DNA of 64,000 nt from Paraspadella gotoi (Eukaryota > Animalia > Chaetognatha). The position numbers and the translations under genes are program-made. This document shows, piece by piece, positions 1 through 11,919 of the stretch; the first letter of the stretch is position 1; each line of letters opens with the position of its first letter. The stretch is taken from positions 1,556,633-1,620,632 of the forward strand of contig CM119270.1 of NCBI GenBank assembly GCA_051294375.1. The letters are read 5' to 3'. Under the pieces are notes generated by a model, which saw only the letters and a list, made by a program, of their open reading frames with translations, did not search any database and had not been told where the DNA came from.

Positions 1-41
1 CGTTGGCAGTTAATGGCCGCGAGCAGCGAAAGGCTGGAAGG
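1..41 (-). CDS. Exon running off the window edge (LPAFRCSRPLTAN): Frizzled linker or start of a second CRD
   Basis: Pyrimidine tract plus cag acceptor at 44-42, phase 2, compatible with both the 831 donor and the 2511 donor. Confidence 0.5.
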
Positions 42-223
42 CTGTGGAGGGGGGGGTAAGAGGGAAGTGGCTCTGTTTACATTTTGGGTTTACTAAATTG
101 ATAAATCAATCGATAAAATCATTAATAATAGATTTAAAAAAATGTTAGATTTTAGGCCGAACGTGTACCCCGAATCTTAAACACAAGCCTGGGATTGTAA
201 GGAGAAAAAAGAGGGAAGGAGAG

Positions 224-293
<70 letters not shown>

Positions 294-678
294 GAGAGAG
301 AGAGAGNNNNNNNNNNNNNNNNNNNNNNNNNTCTTTCACTCTTAATTCTCTCTCTCTTTTTAAACCAAAATATTTTTTTACTTTCTTTTGTGTGTCCTTT
401 TTTTCTTGCATTTACTATCGCAAATGAACTAATGGTTAAGCATGCTTAACCCGAATAATATGATTGCTCAATAATATAATAATATGGCGTTCCTCATAAC
501 TGTAATCCACCAATACTATGTACCATACCGATTATACGATGACTCTCAAGCAAAACAAATTGATAAATCAATCGATAAAATCATTAATAAGATTTTAAAA
601 AATTGTTAGATTTTAGGCCGAACGTGTACCCGAATCTTAAACAGAGCCTGGATTGTAAGAGAGAAAAGAAGAGGGAAG

Positions 679-740
<62 letters not shown>

Positions 741-830
741 AGAGAGAGAGGAGAAGAGACGAGAGAGAGAGAGATATGTAAACGTAATAAAGCGTTAATA
801 ATCATTATAATGCATTACTATTGTACTTAC

Positions 831-929
831 CCAGAACTGTATTCAAAACACGCTAGAAAAATGACGACAGTGATAGTATCCGATCGTTGTCGAATACGAG
901 GACGACGACGACGACACGACGACGACGAC

Positions 930-975
<46 letters not shown>

Positions 976-1018
976 AACGACGACGACACGACGACGACGA
1001 CAACTTCGCCGAACACAT
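831..1018 (-). CDS. Paralogous or alternative first exon with signal-peptide-like end and (CGT)n expansion
   Basis: ATG at 1018, open frame ending TITVVIFLACFEYSSG|gtaagt in phase 2. Upstream 1019-1150 is recognisably similar to 5982-6100, upstream of Frizzled exon 1. Confidence 0.55.
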
Positions 1019-1954
1019 TTTCAAGTTTTTCATATTTCGGATTTCGAAAATAAATCGACAGTTTGAATTCTCTTCAACCGACAAAAGATATTTTCCCTCG
1101 TTAATTCTATTTGTTGACTTCGATGAACTCTTTAACTTTACTAACAGGGAATCGAATAGAAAAAAAAACAACTTATCCGTACGGAATATAAATCTTAGTA
1201 TAAAATAATAAATCGATTAAAGAACAAATGAATTCATCAAAATTAAAAAAAATAAAAAAAATAAATTAATCAAAACGTTGTTACATGTTACCGAAAAGGG
1301 GAAAATAATAGGCGAAAAGCAATTAACAAATGACGTCCACGTTAGATGGCAGCTCAATCACGTGACTGCGAGAAAGACAAGCAGTTCTCTATTCGCGGGT
1401 CGAAGAGAAACAGTCATTCTAAGAAACACTTGGCATGTTTTCCCCGAGGTCAAGACATCCGTAAGTTTGTTGCTTGAAGTTAAGAGAAATCCTGAATAGG
1501 GCATCGGGTTTGACAATAATGACGACGATGAAGACGACAATAACGACGACGACGACGACGAAGAAAAAGGAGACGACGACGAAGACGCACGCGACCATAA
1601 AAAATGAATAAAAAGGAGAAAATTAAGGAAAAGATAAACTGGAAATCATAAGAGAAAAACTACGAAATAAAAATAGGAAAAAAAATGCCGCAACGTTGCG
1701 GCAGTGCGGTCAGACGTGATGTATTAACCTTTCTTTTTCGTTGTTAGTTTGATAGTTGAAAAAAAAGTTTTAATAATTTTTTATAACGAAATAATTAATA
1801 AAACAAATTTGTTGTAAAAAATCTTAAAACATTGTTTTTTCTACTAAGATTTCTTTAAAAACAAAAAGGCGGGGCCAGTAGTCGCTTAGATTTGATTTTT
1901 AACAAATGAGCAACAAACTATAGGAAAGTTATAAGCGTTTTTTAAACGTAAGTG

Positions 1955-2068
1955 GAACAGACCGACGGACAGAACATACCGTCCAACGACAGACCGACCG
2001 ACCGACGGCCGACGACCGAAAAGTGACTTATAGAGTTGCTTCGCGAGTAACTCGCGGCGCAACTAATA
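1955..2068 (-). mobile_element. HINE family 2 terminus with hairpin
   Basis: (GACC)n, then aaaagtgacttatag, then the palindrome AGTTGCttCGCGAGT-A-ACTCGCGgcGCAACT (2034-2064). Confidence 0.6.
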
Positions 2069-2507
2069 AATCGCCATCCTTTTAATAAAATCCTTTATTA
2101 AAAATCTTATTGTCAGTAAATATAAATACAAAACAGTTACTGAGAAACTGATTTTATGGTAAAGTGAAATGTGAAAAGTATAATTTCAAAATCAGCGAAA
2201 TAACTACTGCAAGCAGTGACGTTCTAGCTTGTTCGAACGCACCTGCTTGCATCTGCTAATCGAATTTGGAGGTGTTATAATGATGAGGGCGCATCAATTA
2301 GAATTGAAATAAGTGGATTATTAGTGTACTAATGTATTACAATTTAAAATGCTATTAATTACTTTTAACTTCTTTGGTGATTACCTCACAAAAAACTAAA
2401 TTCTCATAACTCACCCTCCCCTCCCCTTAAATTTCAACCCGTCCTCGCCCTCCCCTTAATTCACACCCGTCTCCCTCTCCCCTTAATTCACAATTCCTTT
2501 CTTCTCT

Positions 2508-2666
2508 TCACTCGATGGTGACATTTGATACGGAATCCGTGACAAGAACAAGTAAGGGTGATCATCTCGGGGTCATGTGACGACAGGAAAGAGATTCCGG
2601 CCCAAGTGAAGCCAAACTGAGACATCAACGGGTTCGCATCCCTTCCGTGCAGATTCGCAGAGGCTC
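2508..2666 (-). CDS. Frizzled CRD C-terminal half, exon 3 (contains apparent 1-bp indels)
   Basis: Reads R-SLCESARKGCEP/LMSQFGFTW/PESLSCRH once two single-base insertions are skipped, matching Fz PCRSLCE.AR.GC...M..FGF.WPE.L.C. Phase 2 matches exon 2. The 3' end is uncertain: a gt donor at 2511 or a TGA at 2510-2508. Confidence 0.85.
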
Positions 2667-2673
2667 CTTTGGT

Positions 2674-4541
2674 CAAGTACTGTCATCCTTCAGAATCACC
2701 TCCGCCCGGGGGCGCTGCTAGGGGCGGCCCCGCGGGTGGCCCCGCGGGGGCAGGCCCCGGGGGCAAGCAAATTCCTTACTGCTGAGGGCGCCCTGTAGCT
2801 CTCTGTTTTTGGGGCCCAAGGGGCCACTCCAGGGGAATCCCCAGGGGCTAGAAAACCTTTCCCCGTGGGGGCCACCCCCAGGGGGTGAATTTGCCGGCCC
2901 CCCTGAGAACGGCTTCTCTCTCCCTTCCTTTTCTCTCCCGTCTCTCTCTCTCTCTTTCTCTTTTCTCTTTTTTCTTTCATCTTTTATTAAAATAAATCTA
3001 TAAAAATAAAATAATATCTTTCTACTTCAATTAATCAATCACTGAACCAATAGCTGCTGCAATACCAATATGCATAATCTTGGGTCAACTCCTGGCATTT
3101 TAACTTTAGCTCAAATGACATCTATTTGGTCAACTGAGACATTATTTGGACAACTGCTATAATTTGGTCAACTTTTTTAAAATTTGGTAAACTTTCATAA
3201 TTTGGTAACTTTATAATTTGGTAACTTTCATAACTTTGTGTCAACTTTAACAATTTGAGCAACTGCCATATTTGGTAATTTTATGTTAATAATTTAGTCA
3301 ACTGCGAATTCGTTAACCTTATAATTTCGTTAACAACTTTTCATATTTTGTCAACTGACATAATTTGCGTCAAACTGATATATAATTGATCAACTTTAAG
3401 AATTTGGTAAGCTTTTATAATTTGGTAAACTTTCCATAATTTTGGTCAACTGTCAAATTTGGTCAACTTGTATAATTTTGTCAACTTGCACTAATTTGGT
3501 CAACTTGGATAATTTGGTCAACAATCAACTTAAACAATTAGCAATTATTAATTTCATCGTAAGAAATAGAAAGAGAGAAAGAGTGGAGAAAATTTTTTTA
3601 ATAAAATTCAAGTAAATGTGACTTTTGTTTTTTCTATAAAAACTTACTTTCACTTGTATACTTTTCTACCCAAGCAAACAAATTTTATTTTAAATTCATG
3701 CTAATGAAATTTTTAAAATAGTAGAATAAATAGTAGGATGGTTTAATTTTTTTAATTCACTTATAAAAAATTAATTAATTAATTATTAAATTTCAGTCTT
3801 TAGGTCCGTCCCACATTAGCATTAAACTCAAATTATTCGTGATTAGATATATGGATTTAGAATAAATCTTGTGTGTGGGTAGAAAAGTGTGTGATTGAGC
3901 CTAGATTAAAGTTTTGCTCACTTTCTCTCTCAAACATCAGCCTTTCCTCAACAACGTGAGTTCATCTGAGACAATCTACAAACTAAACAATTATTAATTA
4001 AAATCTTAAATGAAAAAAAATTATTTTCACGTTTAACATAATTTGAGAAAAAAAATGTTATATTTTTTTTTAGTACATAAAACAAGTCCTTGAAAGATAG
4101 AGAGAGAGAAAGATAGAGAAAGAGAAAGAAAAAAGAAACGAGAGAAAAGAAAAAGATAAAAAAAATGAAGAGAGAGAGAAAGAGAAAGAGAGAGAGAGTG
4201 GTGAGAGAAAGGAGAGAAAGAGAGAGTAACAGACCAGGGGAGAGATATTCTCAAGATACAATAACATTGTCAGTATTTTTCTTATCTAAACTTTGGCTCT
4301 CTCCTTACTCGCCCCTGGGGGAGCACTTTTTTTGCTCCCCAAGGGTTACCCCCCAGGGGCAGACTTTTTTTTGGCCCGAGGGGGCCGCCCGCAGGGGGGT
4401 TCCCCCTGGGCAAACATTTTTGGGTCTATTAGGGGCAGCCCCTCAAATGACCATTTGCTGCTCCCCCTGGAATAGTTCCTGCCCCCTGGGGCCGCCCTAG
4501 AAGCCGCCCCGCGGGGCGGAGGATTTGAGATGACATATCTC
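2674..4541. mobile_element. Non-autonomous TIR DNA element, hAT-like (8-bp TSD CCTTTGGT)
   Basis: Imperfect ~55 bp terminal inverted repeats (left ..TGTCATCCTTCAGAATCACCTCCGCCCGGGGGCGCTGCTAGGGGCGGCCCC; right reverse complement ..TGTCATCTCAAATCCTCCGCCCCGCGGGGCGGCTTCTAGGGCGGCCCC). GC-rich subterminal blocks. CCTTTGGT at 2666-2673 and 4542-4549. No transposase ORF. Confidence 0.75.
3070..3530. repeat. ~20-bp minisatellite (AATTTGGTCAACT.. core) inside the TIR element
   Basis: About 20 degenerate tandem copies of ataatttggtcaact. Confidence 0.85.
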
Positions 4542-5197
4542 CCTTTGGTTGGGGAAAAAGAGGGGAGGATGAGGGGGGGCGGTGAGGGGGGGGTAGAATC
4601 GTTTTGAGAAATCGTTGTTGTTTGTTGATTTTATCAAAGCGTGATTAAGAATCTAGTAATAGAAACTCTTGATAACTTAACTGCTTGAATAATTTTTTTT
4701 AAAAATATGATTATTTAAATTGATAAAAATACGATGAATGAAGAAGTTAATTTCCACATTTTTAAAATAATGTATGAATCAAGGGAACTTCGTCGAAAAA
4801 ACGATTTTCACCGTCTGTATCGATTCGCCGATTGATACAACAACAACAACAACAACCACATACAACGACGACGAGCGACAACGCGAACAACAACGATGAA
4901 ACAACAAATTGGTTCAATTAATAACCATTGACCACAACAAAAATATCTGTAACAAATCGTTACTGTTATACGTATTACCAAATCAGATTGGCTACATCAA
5001 TCTCATTTGCATATAGCAGTAGTTCTTTTTTCAATATTGAGCCAATTTATTCAATAAAATATAAATCATAGCATCAGCCCAGCCCCGATAAAACAATACT
5101 AAAAAGTAACAACAATCCAAAACGACGTCAACAAACACAACGACGACAACCACCAACCATAACCACCAACCACCAACCACATTTCCCAGGACTCAAC

Positions 5198-5425
5198 CTG
5201 CAAGGCAAAATCCTCTCTCTCTTTTCACTCCAACACGGCGGGGCGTACAAGAGGCAGAGCAAAGGCTTCAGCGCCGCCGAACAGTCGACGCTGACGAGCG
5301 GTTGGAAGGAAGACCATTCGAGATTCGCTGAAGACTGAGAAACGTGATTGAAGAAGTTCGGAACTCTGGTGGAATTGTAGCCGAGAGTTTGGCAGCCTGG
5401 TATGGTTAAGGGTTCGCAGCGGGAG
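5198..5425 (-). CDS. Frizzled-type cysteine-rich (Wnt-binding) domain, exon 2
   Basis: RCEPLTIPGCQTLGYNSTRVPNFFNHVSQSSANLEWSSFQPLVSVDCSAALKPLLCLLYAPPC...ILPCR matches the Fz CRD pattern (CEPI.IP.C..IGYN.T..PN..H..Q..A....F.PLV...CS..L..FLC..Y.P.C...PCR). Pyrimidine tract plus cag acceptor, gttgag donor. Confidence 0.93.
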
Positions 5426-5442
5426 CTGGGTTTGGGGGAGGG

Positions 5443-5496
<54 letters not shown>

Positions 5497-5880
5497 AAAT
5501 TGAGACGATTTAATCAATATGACATTTTATAAAATTATTAAAACGAATGTATAAATCATTTATAATGCATAGAAGCTATCTTTTCCCTAAATTTGGAATA
5601 TGGAGAGGCTATGGTAAGTTTAGTCCTCCATCCCTCTTATATGATGATAACAAAGTATGCTTTAATTCTCAGTCTTTATTATAAACTCTTAATTTATAAA
5701 CTCCCAACGAACCCGGCTTTCCAATCAATGAAGTTGTGGTTTGGTTGATATTTTCATGTACCGTTTAAATAGCATAAAAGGACCGCTCTCTTACTATATT
5801 CATGATAATATTCAGAGAGTTAACCCGCATTAAATTTTAACTCTACGACCTTATTTTTGAAAACCTTACTTTACACTTAC

Positions 5881-5981
5881 CTCTCCGCGGAACAAAATTG
5901 AAAAAAGGCAGTAAAAACAAAGATATTCATCAATTTTCCCTTCGAAGACGAAAACGACGCAACAAATAATTTCAAAGACAT
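5881..5981 (-). CDS. Frizzled-CRD gene, exon 1 (signal-peptide-like)
   Basis: ATG at 5981 reads MSLKLFVASFSSSKGKLMNIFVFTAFFQFCSAE+AG, followed by a perfect gtaagt donor. Its phase 2 matches the acceptor of the CRD exon at 5425. Confidence 0.7.
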
Positions 5982-6396
5982 TTTTAAATTTTTTTAATCC
6001 TAGAATTTCGAAAATGAAATCGACGAACAGTTGAGTCTCTTCGCTAATTCTATTTGTTTAATGAGATGAGTTCAATTAACTACTTAACGCGAAATAAAAA
6101 CGGGGAAAAACAAAATTTTTCTTACGCATTGGCAAAGTTATCCTATTTGTTCACACGGCCGAATAACATTCCTTCAAGATTTAATGATATATCATAGAAA
6201 ATATGGGCATTGCAGAAAAGGAAAAAAAGTTTTGAAAACAAATGAGCTTGACTTTTATGTAGACAAAAATATTAAAAATATATTTCGCACTGACTCAAGT
6301 TATATTTTTATCTCTCTCTACTAGATTTACATATATATATATATCTCTCTCTCTTAACGCATACTTCTTTTTAAAAAAAATACCTTAAAAGTAAAT

Positions 6397-6441
6397 AAAC
6401 AAGTTTGAGCAAACAATGTCGGATCTGCCTACGATAATTAA
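6397..6441 (-). mobile_element. Isolated terminus of HINE family 1
   Basis: 45 bp identical to 33245-33289 (aaacaagtttgagcaaacaatgtcggatctgcctacgataattaa). Confidence 0.75.
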
Positions 6442-6581
6442 GCGGTAATAAGCTAATACGTGTGATCTTAACAGATGATAACAAATCGTAACATAACAAA
6501 TCTTAATTACGGTAGCAAGAATTTCAGTCCTATAAAAATAAAATTCAATGTTTTTAATAAAACATTCATTTAAAATTTTAG

Positions 6582-6653
6582 CTAACGATAACAAAATCAA
6601 CCTTAATAGTTGGCGATATGACTAAAACCACCTCAAATGCGATACCTGAATTT
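6582..6653 (+). CDS. Serine-protease homologue, activation-site exon (..LIVGDMTKTTSNAIPEF)
   Basis: ttttag acceptor. IVGD...IPEF resembles IVGG...FPW. The gtaaat donor in phase 0 joins in frame to VYYVHPGGNCGGS at 11920, the usual intron position after the PW(Q) motif. Confidence 0.6.
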
Positions 6654-6824
6654 GTAAATGAAATAAATCGCGATGACTGGCGTCGTCGTCTTCTTAATGT
6701 CGGCCAAAAGGTGACGACTTTGCGCGAGGGACTTCCAGTTTTTTTAAGATCGACTCTCTCTCTCTCTCTCCTCTATCTCTTCTCTCTCTGCTCTTTGTAA
6801 GATCGACCTCTCTCTCTCTCTCCG

Positions 6825-6856
<32 letters not shown>

Positions 6857-6857
6857 G

Positions 6858-6889
<32 letters not shown>

Positions 6890-7152
6890 CTCTCCTCGTA
6901 AGATCGACCCTATCCTCCTCTCTCTCCCTCTCTCTCTCCTCTCTCTCTCCTCCTCTCTCTCTCTCTCTCTCTCTTAACTCATAACATAATTACTGTCTCT
7001 TCATTGTGAGCCGAATCCGAACACAACAGCAACAAAACAACACTTTCAGGCGACATGCCTCAACCTGGCGATGCTCTTTCCGCCCACAAACATCAGGCGA
7101 CATGCTCTACTTGGTGACGAACTTTCCACCAACACACAATTCACTGAAGAGA

Positions 7153-7253
7153 CGCGACGTCGGCCAAACCGTTTAACATTGTCGGTTAGAAAGTTAACTA
7201 CTTCGCGTGAGGGACTTCGGGTTTTTGTCGGTTTCTGTCGGTTCGACCGCGTT

Positions 7254-7296
<43 letters not shown>

Positions 7297-7300
7297 TCTC

Positions 7301-7349
<49 letters not shown>

Positions 7350-7431
7350 ACGTTTTCGTGACGAGGCCGCTCTCGCTCTCTGTGTGTGGAAAGACGAAAA
7401 AAAAAAATCAATATCGTTCTCCGCCTCCGAC

Positions 7432-7516
<85 letters not shown>

Positions 7517-7787
7517 CTCCGTCGACCGTTCGCTTGTTTTTCTCTTTATCGCTTTTTTCTTTCTCATTTTATCGAATTCTTTATTATTGTTTATTGTTTA
7601 ATATTGTTTTATTTATATTATTTACTTCGCGAAGCATAAGCCAACGTTCAAATTCTCAGACTTTAACTTTAAACTTTTTTGTTTTAGTTACAACTTTATT
7701 TTTGTTGTTTAAAAACAACGGTAAAATTGAAAAAAAAAATAAATCACTTAATAATTTTTCGGCTCTGATGAGAGCCTTCTTCAGCGC

Positions 7788-7885
<98 letters not shown>

Positions 7886-8181
7886 AAATTTGTTGCATTA
7901 AAAGTGAAAACACCCTGTCATTTGTTTTATAATTCCATTTTTTAAAAAATCAAAATTTATTTAAATCTTTATCATCAGCATTTTTTAAAATTCTTGTTAT
8001 ATATTTTTTTTATTTTTTCCTGGAATGTTTCTTTACTTTTTCATTTACATCATCATTATCATCATAGTTTTTTAAAATCATCATCATCATCGTCATAATC
8101 ATCATCATCATCATCACCGTCTCCCAAAACGATGCAATCATTTTTCTTTTTCCTCCGCCTTTTTTCTCTCTCGTTTCTCTC
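7153..8181 (+). repeat. ~1 kb repeat A (other copies at 11117-11841 and 17151-18127)
   Basis: Shared start cgcgacgtcggccaaa..gtttaacattgtcggttag and shared (CT)n and (AG)n tracts. The tail 7931-8181 matches 17881-18127 only. Confidence 0.9.
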
Positions 8182-11100
8182 GAATTTTAAGTTTATTCGT
8201 TAACTAAGGAGCACTCAATAAATATCCACAACTATTTTGATTGTTATGGCGGCTTAAAATTCACAAACCGCTCATCAGACTGCCGTTGGCTGCAGGATGG
8301 TTCGAACCTCAAAGGTCGCGGGGTCTAGCCCGAAGTGGTCGCCTAGCATTAAAGGGACAAACCGCCTGTAACACGTTGTTACAGCTGATCGAGCTCAGGG
8401 CTGCTTTTATTGAACGGTTCTGACACTAACTCATAACAATATTACTGTTTTTCAGTGTCACAAAACTGAAAAGTAATTATATTATAATTTGAATTTAACT
8501 GTCGGGTTTTCTGTTTATCATAGTCTCAAGCAAAGAATTTGAGCGAAAAAGATTGATAAACAAATTGCTACTAAAAAAGATTGATACTAAAAAATATTGA
8601 TAAACAAATTTGCTTCTACTCGAAAAACAATGATTTGAAGGATTTTAAAAAAGGAATTTGAAACAAAAAACAAGGTTGATGTAAAATATTGAAAAACAAT
8701 TTTGTTTTCAAATAATTAAAATCAGCAAAACAAAATTTATATACTATTATTTATTTTTGTTATGGCTCTTAGACTAAATGTGTTTTTCTCCCAACGTCTT
8801 GATCAAAAATGATACGTAAAAATATGCTAGCAGCAACTCTGAAGTTGTCATTTAATATATGAGTAGTTTATTTCCTATCAAAATTTTACCCATCAACACA
8901 ATAATTAGTCTACTTTCCCAAACAGAAATTAACAAAATATGAGATATTTAAATTATGTACATTTGTTTCCGTTGACAATAATCTCTTTATAAATAGTTCA
9001 TGACTGATTTAAAAATCGTGTAAATGTCAGCGTAACCAAAAAATTCTCTCAATATAATCATTGCTACTTACATTGTGGCATTAAATCTTTATGTATATAT
9101 GTTAGGAATGTTCATGTTCATTTTCTGTTTAAAATATTTGTGTTTATATTCTTGGATCTATTATTATTATTATATTATTGTTAATATCTTCATTCATACA
9201 AGATATTTAAAAATATAAAAAACCAAAGAACAATTAATTATTAGGCTTTTTCTAGAACGCCCATTTTGTCTTAAATTCGGAGGTTAGGATTAAAGATGAA
9301 TTATGAATTAATATAATATATTAATATTGTCATTTAGGTTTAAGAATTTGGTAAGGACAAGGATTTAGGGTTGAGGTTAAGAATGGTTAGGATTATGATT
9401 AAGGTGTTATTACAAGTTACCAATAAATATCAATCAATGTCAATGATGAACAGACGTGATGAAAAGGTTTAAATAAAAATATTTTTTATGATTTTGTAAT
9501 AGAATTTATATGTAATTATGGTAAACAATTTAATTGTTTTAAAGATTTAAAAATCAGGGCAAAAGTGCCAAAATATAAGATGGGATTTTGTAAACTAATT
9601 CCTTTTTCTGACCAAAAGTAGGGGCATAAATGACAGAACACTAGATTACTATTATTTATTTTTTTAGAATAAAAGGAGTGCCAAATTTTGGTAAATTAAT
9701 TTTTTTACTTAGAACCGAAAAGTTGCGGAAAAATTGACGAAACACGAGGTATAATTTTGTTTTTTTCTTAGAATCAAAAAAATTACTAAGCGCAGAAAAA
9801 ATTAGATGAGATTTCGGTAAATTCTTTTTTTTTAGAATTAAAACGGAAAGGTTAAAATTAGTTCGAAAAGTTCCTTCTTCTCTGATCGTGATATTTTGGT
9901 TTCTAGTGTAAAATTAAAAGGAACGATAAAAACTTAATTTTTTGTTCTCACGATTTGATACTTTAAAAACAATGATAATAGTAAGATTAAAAAAAAAGTC
10001 GATGTTTTAACATTGTAAAGATTATATATAATATATATATACTTACTTTAAGCAGATCTGAATAAAAGATCGCTTGGGATATTATATTAAGAGTTGTATA
10101 AATACTGTTTGTGTTATTCAAATTTTATACTTCTTCTTCAGTCGGCAAACACGCGGATAAATGTTTCTCTCTTGACAGATTTATTATTGAGTAGATTAAA
10201 CAGAAAAAGGAAGTAAAATATTTTGAGTTCAATACAGCAGTGTATACTAAAAACAACGAAGAAGTTTAGTAATATCAGATTTTGCAAGTTCAGTTTTTAC
10301 GAAATATTGAAATTGCTAAGTCGTTATCATGTATCACTATGCGAAATTAATAATTAGACTGGTAGGATTGAAGATAGTACATAGGATGACGAATATAACG
10401 TTAGAATGTCACTTGGACTTTTATCACAATAGATCGTAAGGACCTGTAAGAATTTAAGATGAACCATGGTGTTATACAATGTCGACGCCTGCCCAGTTAG
10501 ATTACATTTCCTTTTATTCATCCCGTCTCGTCAGGCTACACCGGCGAGGCCAATTGCCTCCCCGAGTGCATTTCTTCTACTTATTTTCGTGGCAAGAGGG
10601 ATGTGCTTACGCGAGGCTGTATATTGAATTCTGATGCCCCCGTCTGATCATGGTTGACTACAGGAGATGGAATGCGGGAAGCGTTGGAATACTTATCAGC
10701 CGAACGAAGCCCAAGAATATAAATCAATGTATGATTACTTTTTTGTTATGTCAGAAGTCTGTGGTTACAACAATGAGAGAAAATGTCGCTTGTAGGATGT
10801 TCATGCACTGATAAATACTGGTGGTTTCCTGTGTAAAATTTAACCGAGTCAGAATTTTGTTTTCAAATTAAATCTCATATTATAAAAAAAGAAAAGATAA
10901 AATATAAAAAGAAAAGAAATCAATTGAGCAAGATTTTATATTTATCATGCGAATAAATTAAACACATAGTTAATTCATTTAACGTTTTTCTAGACCGGAA
11001 GCGCCTCTGCATGATACTCGGCTACAGTAAATCAATTCGCTAAAAATATTTTCATGTACATAAATCTACTTCATGTATAGCAAATAGACCTCTAATCCAC

Positions 11101-11211
11101 AGAACAGCAACTACCTCGCGACGTCGGCCAAAGCGTTTAACATTGTCGGGTTAGAAAGTTAACTACTTCGCGTGAGGGATCGGGTTTTTGTCGTTTCTGT
11201 CGGTTCCAGCG

Positions 11212-11257
<46 letters not shown>

Positions 11258-11691
11258 ACTCTACACGTTTCCGTACGAGAGGCCGCTCTCGCTCTCTGTG
11301 TGTGGAAAGACGAAAAAAAAAAATCAATATCGTTCTCCGCTCCGACGTCTCTCTCTCCTCTCTCTCCTCTCTCTCTCTTTCTCTCTCTCTCTCTCTTCTC
11401 CGTCGACCGTTCGCTCTTTTTCTCTTTATCGCTTTTTTCTTTCTCATTTATCGAATTCTTTTATTATTGTTTATGTTTAATATTGTTTATTATATTATTT
11501 ACTTCGCGAGGCATAAGCAACGTTAAAATTCTCAGACTTCATCTTTAAACTTTTTGTTTTAGTTACAACTTTTTTTTGTTGTTTTAAAACAACGGTAAAT
11601 GAAACAAAATAAGATATGTTTCGTTATGATGAAGGCTTCTTCAGCGCGAAAAATTGTTTTGTGAAAATAGTTTTTCACAGAAGTTTGAACT

Positions 11692-11788
<97 letters not shown>

Positions 11789-11841
11789 TTTTAAAATTTG
11801 TTGCATTAAAAGTGAAAAGCCTGTCATTTTGTTTATAAATG
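8182..11841 (+). repeat. ~3.7 kb direct duplicate of 14185-17870
   Basis: Near-identical colinear sequence from gaattttaagt.. to ..gtttataaatg. Differences are mostly 1-2 bp indels. Confidence 0.95.
10179..10843 (+). pseudogene. Second, heavily indel-disrupted copy of the lectin terminal exon
   Basis: Aligns by eye along its whole length to 16258-16893, lacks the upstream exons, and has many frameshifts (decay or read error). Confidence 0.65.
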
Positions 11842-11919
11842 GAAATTTTACTACGCCTTACTGTGCATTGTCCCCGAATTCAAATCATTTAACATTTTTA
11901 TATTCTATATTTTACCCAG

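Noticed and set aside
95-775. Direct duplicate 95-306 / 557-775
   Set aside because: The copies flank a 25-N gap and differ by indels, so this is most likely an unmerged contig overlap.
3070-3530. Repeat-spacer-like array
   Set aside because: Degenerate ~20-bp minisatellite with no unique 30-40 bp spacers, no cas genes, and a eukaryotic context.
8280-8350. tRNA-like GGTTCGAACC motif
   Set aside because: No cloverleaf, and the motif is not preserved in the duplicate near 14300.
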